From Candidatus Latescibacterota bacterium (GTDB lineage: Bacteria > Latescibacterota > UBA2968 > UBA8231), in NCBI GenBank assembly GCA_965203175.1, contig OZ241867.1, positions 1,728,001-1,792,000 on the forward strand: a stretch of 64,000 bases of DNA. The letters run 5' to 3'. A program made the position numbers and the translations under genes. Positions 60,426 to 64,000 of this stretch are shown in pieces. The notes below the pieces were generated by a model that was given only the letters and a program-made list of their open reading frames with translations, did no database searches and had not been told where the DNA came from. Each line of letters opens with the position of its first letter. The first letter of the stretch is position 1.

Positions 60426-62015
60426 ATGATGGCTAAAGAGAGAGTTCTCTCCGGAAAGTGGCAGGGGTTTTTCCCGGGCGACTGGGTGAGACCGAGAAGC
60501 AACCCAGGGACGTGGATGCCGCTGATCGACGTCGCGGAGATCTTTCCTGGCAACAGGAGCGTCTCCCGCCAGGGCGTTTACAATCTGTACGATGCTCCCA
60601 TAGGCGTCGAGCTCAAAATAGAGGAGGCCGCCAAAGCTCCCATAGTATTCGACGGAGAGGCGGAGTGGGAAAAAGGGGGGCTTGCTCCCGGCGATGTGTG
60701 GTGCGAAGATGGTCGCTACCACATGTTCTACCACGCCATGGGACAGGGCACGTGTTACGCCGTCAGCGACGACTGTTACAACTGGACGCGTCCCGAATTG
60801 GGGGAGGTGGAGTACCAGGGCTCGAAGAAGAACAACATCCGCGCAAACCACCCGGAGGGCGGCATTTTTGAGGACCCTTCGGCACCGCCGGAGGAGCGGT
60901 TTAAGGCAATGGGAGCGGGATCTGGATGGTTTGACCCCGATACGTGGGAGAAGCTGGATAAAGAGGAGGCCCAAAAGCGATGGGATGCCATGCACTACGG
61001 GGGTTTGGACTATAAAGGACCCAAGGTGGTGCTGCGGGGGTGGATGGTCGGCTGGACCTCTCCAGACCGCTTCCGTGGTTGGAAGCAGATAGAGGAACCG
61101 CTGGCGGAATACTCCGTAAACGGGGGCATCGTCGCCGGATATGACCAAGAAAGCGGTACGTACTTTGCATACATGCAGCCCCAAGGCTTCGCACCGGAGG
61201 ATCCCCGGGGCATTGGGACCGGCGTCCAGGAGGTTGAGATGGTGCGTCGGGCCAACGGCTTTTGCCGCACGAAAGACTTCAGGCACTGGCCGGCCTCCAA
61301 GCTCGTCATGCACCCCGACGCGCAGGACGACCTGGACATCTCCTTCTACGCTCACAGCTACTTCCCCTATCCGGGGCGCACGGACCTCCACGGCATGCTA
61401 ACGCCCGTCTTTCATCACATGACCGGCCAGATGGACGTGCAGATAGCCTTCAGCCGCGACGGACTTATTTGGTACCGTCCCGAACGCCGGCCCATTGTGA
61501 CCCTGGGGCCTCCGGGAAGCGGAGAAGAGGGAATGATCGGGGCCTCTGGAATCGTGGAGCTGCCCGACGGACACTGGGGCGCCCAATATTGGGGCGAGTC
61601 CGTACTGCACAACGTCAAGGACGAGCACGAAGACACCCTTTTCCCGCAGCGACAACCTAGAAAGATGGGATGGGCCCTGTGGCGGCCGCACCGCTTTTGT
61701 GGCTTTCAAGCGCAGTCCGAGGGGCAGTTCACCATTCCTACCATATACCGTCGCAACGACGAGCTGCGGTTGAATTACCGCTGTCAACCAGGGGGTTGGG
61801 TGAGCGTGGAACTCATGCGCATGATGCCGTCCATGTTTCATGGGGACGTCGACCCTCTCGCAGGGTTCACCTTTGCAGAGTGCGACCGGTTGACGGGCGA
61901 TTCGCTCGACCAGGTGGTAACTTGGCAGGGTAACAGCGACATCTCCAGGGTGGGTGAGATGGTTGCTATCCGGCTGAAGATGTTCCAGGCGAAGCTATTT
62001 GCCTACCAAGTTTAG
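60426..62015 (+). CDS. Uncharacterised beta-propeller protein, homologue of 16040..17623
   Basis: Shares PGDWVRPR.N.G.W.PL.D..E.FPG.RSV, FEDP.APPEERFK, WRPHRFCG, MFQAK.FAY.V; AGGAGG RBS. Confidence 0.75.
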   Translation: MMAKERVLSGKWQGFFPGDWVRPRSNPGTWMPLIDVAEIFPGNRSVSRQGVYNLYDAPIGVELKIEEAAKAPIVFDGEAEWEKGGLAPGDVWCEDGRYHMFYHAMGQGTCYAVSDDCYNWTRPELGEVEYQGSKKNNIRANHPEGGIFEDPSAPPEERFKAMGAGSGWFDPDTWEKLDKEEAQKRWDAMHYGGLDYKGPKVVLRGWMVGWTSPDRFRGWKQIEEPLAEYSVNGGIVAGYDQESGTYFAYMQPQGFAPEDPRGIGTGVQEVEMVRRANGFCRTKDFRHWPASKLVMHPDAQDDLDISFYAHSYFPYPGRTDLHGMLTPVFHHMTGQMDVQIAFSRDGLIWYRPERRPIVTLGPPGSGEEGMIGASGIVELPDGHWGAQYWGESVLHNVKDEHEDTLFPQRQPRKMGWALWRPHRFCGFQAQSEGQFTIPTIYRRNDELRLNYRCQPGGWVSVELMRMMPSMFHGDVDPLAGFTFAECDRLTGDSLDQVVTWQGNSDISRVGEMVAIRLKMFQAKLFAYQV

Positions 62016-62189
62016 TTGGAATAAGACCGTACCGCGTCACGTGCAATGCCTTGAAATTTCCTTCTTCGTCAAGATCTTCCGGAGTTCTCTGCATTGAATG
62101 GGGTAAAAAAGCACGGGTGAAGAATTGAGAAGACGAACTTGCCACCGTCGACTAGCACCCGACGGACACTGGAAAATATTGCCGTTAGA

Positions 62190-63215
62190 TCAGGGGTAAG
62201 ACGCAACCTTCTCCAACACCCCGCTCTCAAGGAACTTGTCTAGCATCGGTGCTAACTCGGCGATCTCTGCCGTCAGTTCATGAGGGTCATCGTAGGCTGT
62301 TCGATTGACTCCCTCTATCAAGATGCCTGCGGCAAAGGTATCTATCTGATGGGGATATTGCTCGGGCCAGGATCCGATGTTCTCGTATCCCTGACGGAAC
62401 GCTGCTCTCAATGCTGGGTAAGAGTCTTGGGTGGTATCGTCCATTAGGTCTCTGAACGCCGTTGCGATGTCTTGTACTGGAAATCCCCAGCAGGTGTCCT
62501 CGAAGTCCAGCGGATAGAGAACCCCACGGCATACTTTGATATTATCGTGATGCAGGTCGTTGTGGATCACACGGAGGCCGTTGAGATCTGCGTATAGAGA
62601 TTCGTAGGCTGCATTGACGTTGGCCATTGTCTCCTTGAAGACATCCCTATCTCCGGGGCGAAAGGCCGATAAGAGATGATCGTCGAATAAGATCTCGGGG
62701 CGTCCACGATGGTACGGATTATCTACGCGATGACGAGTAAAGGATGGTGGTGGAACGAACTGCAGAGACCACTCGTGGAGACGAGCGAAAAGGAGTCCCA
62801 TGTTGTGGAGGTTTTCCTCCGTTAGTCGGAGACCCATTCTCGCCCCGGGGAGCCAACTCATGACCATGCAGCGACGTGGCTCAGGAACGCCCTCGGCAAC
62901 GGCCTCAATGATGTAATCGCCGGTCTTCGCTGCGATGGGCAACGGCGTGTTAAAATTACCGTCGCGACTCAAAGCCTGTAGGAATGCCACTTCTGAGATG
63001 AGGTCTAGGTCCGTGCGCCAGCCAGGTTCGCAAACGCGAATGAAATAGGAATCCCCGTCTCTTGTCTTCACTCGGTAGTTCGCATTGGTGAAAGCCTCAA
63101 TCAGATGGACGCTTGCGACTTCCATTGGATAGCGCAATAGCGCGTTCATGGCCAATTGACGTAATCGGCGGGTCTTTCCTCTGTAGCTGAGCTTCTCAAA
63201 GGGCTGCATAGACAT
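62190..63215 (-). CDS. Phosphotransferase, homoserine kinase type II/APH family
   Basis: IHNDLHHDN catalytic loop, LDFED..WG..VQD; start set at MSMQ. Confidence 0.88.
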   Translation of the reverse strand: MSMQPFEKLSYRGKTRRLRQLAMNALLRYPMEVASVHLIEAFTNANYRVKTRDGDSYFIRVCEPGWRTDLDLISEVAFLQALSRDGNFNTPLPIAAKTGDYIIEAVAEGVPEPRRCMVMSWLPGARMGLRLTEENLHNMGLLFARLHEWSLQFVPPPSFTRHRVDNPYHRGRPEILFDDHLLSAFRPGDRDVFKETMANVNAAYESLYADLNGLRVIHNDLHHDNIKVCRGVLYPLDFEDTCWGFPVQDIATAFRDLMDDTTQDSYPALRAAFRQGYENIGSWPEQYPHQIDTFAAGILIEGVNRTAYDDPHELTAEIAELAPMLDKFLESGVLEKVASYP

Positions 63216-63252
63216 GATTGTTTGCCTGAGACCTATTACCTGAATGTGGACA

Positions 63253-64000
63253 TTAGACGTCCAATTGATCCAGTAGCGGAGCTGCCATACCCGCGTCCCA
63301 ACCAAATGGAGTTGGCCCCCCGTACGCCGCCAAGATATCCAGTAATCGACCGAGTGAGTGCAGAGCGAGAATCTTCTGCTGCCCCTCGTCCAATACACCG
63401 TACTCCTGCCAGAAGGTGTCTGCAAGTCCAGGGCCTCTGAGGAACACGCTAAGCACTAAATCCCGCGCATCTGTGAACGGCGGGGCCTGAGTCACATAGT
63501 CGAAGTCGAGGACAGACAGGACCTTCAGCGATGCCGGATCTACCCTCAGGTTGTGCAACTGAAAGTCGTAGTGCACGAGCGAGAGTTGACCCGCATTGCT
63601 CAGTGATGCGGCGCGTCGATCCCATGCACACTCAACTCTCTTAAGCGTTCTCCCATTGAACCAGCCTTGTTGGCGCAGCGCTTGAATACATCTACGGTGC
63701 CGATCGATTTCAGTTGCGGCCCAGGCTGAAGCGTCAGTCGGGCCGGGTGCCTCTATCCCGGAGGTGTGTAGGATGAGCATGATCTGAGCACACTCAGCCA
63801 AGAGACGCTGCTTCTGCTCAACAGATAGGGTGCGCCATAGAACGTCCCCATCCTCGCCGTCGATGTACTCGAGCACTGCGTAAGGGTAGGGGATTAAGTC
63901 GTCACCGCTACTAATACAGAGCCACCCAGGGGTCGGGACGCCCGTCTCACGATGGATGCGACTCACCGTACTCACGTGCAGCTCCATCACTTCAGGACCT
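63253..64000 (-). CDS. APH-family phosphotransferase, 5' end outside window
   Basis: VPTP, LEYIDG, LVHYDFQLHN, VLDFD. Confidence 0.82.
   Translation of the reverse strand, partial: GPEVMELHVSTVSRIHRETGVPTPGWLCISSGDDLIPYPYAVLEYIDGEDGDVLWRTLSVEQKQRLLAECAQIMLILHTSGIEAPGPTDASAWAATEIDRHRRCIQALRQQGWFNGRTLKRVECAWDRRAASLSNAGQLSLVHYDFQLHNLRVDPASLKVLSVLDFDYVTQAPPFTDARDLVLSVFLRGPGLADTFWQEYGVLDEGQQKILALHSLGRLLDILAAYGGPTPFGWDAGMAAPLLDQLDV

Overview
A 64-kb bacterial accessory region with about 55 intact protein genes and no rRNA, tRNA or CRISPR array that I can see. The content includes six PhyH-family Fe/2OG dioxygenase genes, three nitrilase-family enzymes, Gfo/Idh/MocA oxidoreductases, an SSS transporter, uncharacterised beta-propeller and GH-like proteins, katG and phnY. 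This mix suggests a marine Latescibacterota/Poribacteria-like host (inference only). The region is a tightly packed mosaic of genes with visibly different base composition, with stumps of other genes left at several junctions. Main hidden structure: (i) five co-oriented copies (20398, 21301, 23391, 26073, 32727) of a non-coding repeat that looks like the oriIS end of an IS91/ISCR rolling-circle element, one still attached to a decayed IS91 transposase and each pointing at a downstream gene start; (ii) a second 61-62 bp oriIS/promoter-like direct repeat (48652, 54201); (iii) near-identical or allelic gene fragments duplicated in direct orientation (nitrilase 5' end, katG internal piece); (iv) an 11-kb co-oriented run of cassette-type genes with no attC sites; (v) a 1652-aa STAND-like NTPase/helical repeat/C-terminal PLD-like protein, a candidate defence gene, between two clusters of IS debris (IS91, IS4, IS481-like end, IS903-type MITE with a 9-bp TSD). 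All family calls come from motif recognition, not database searches.
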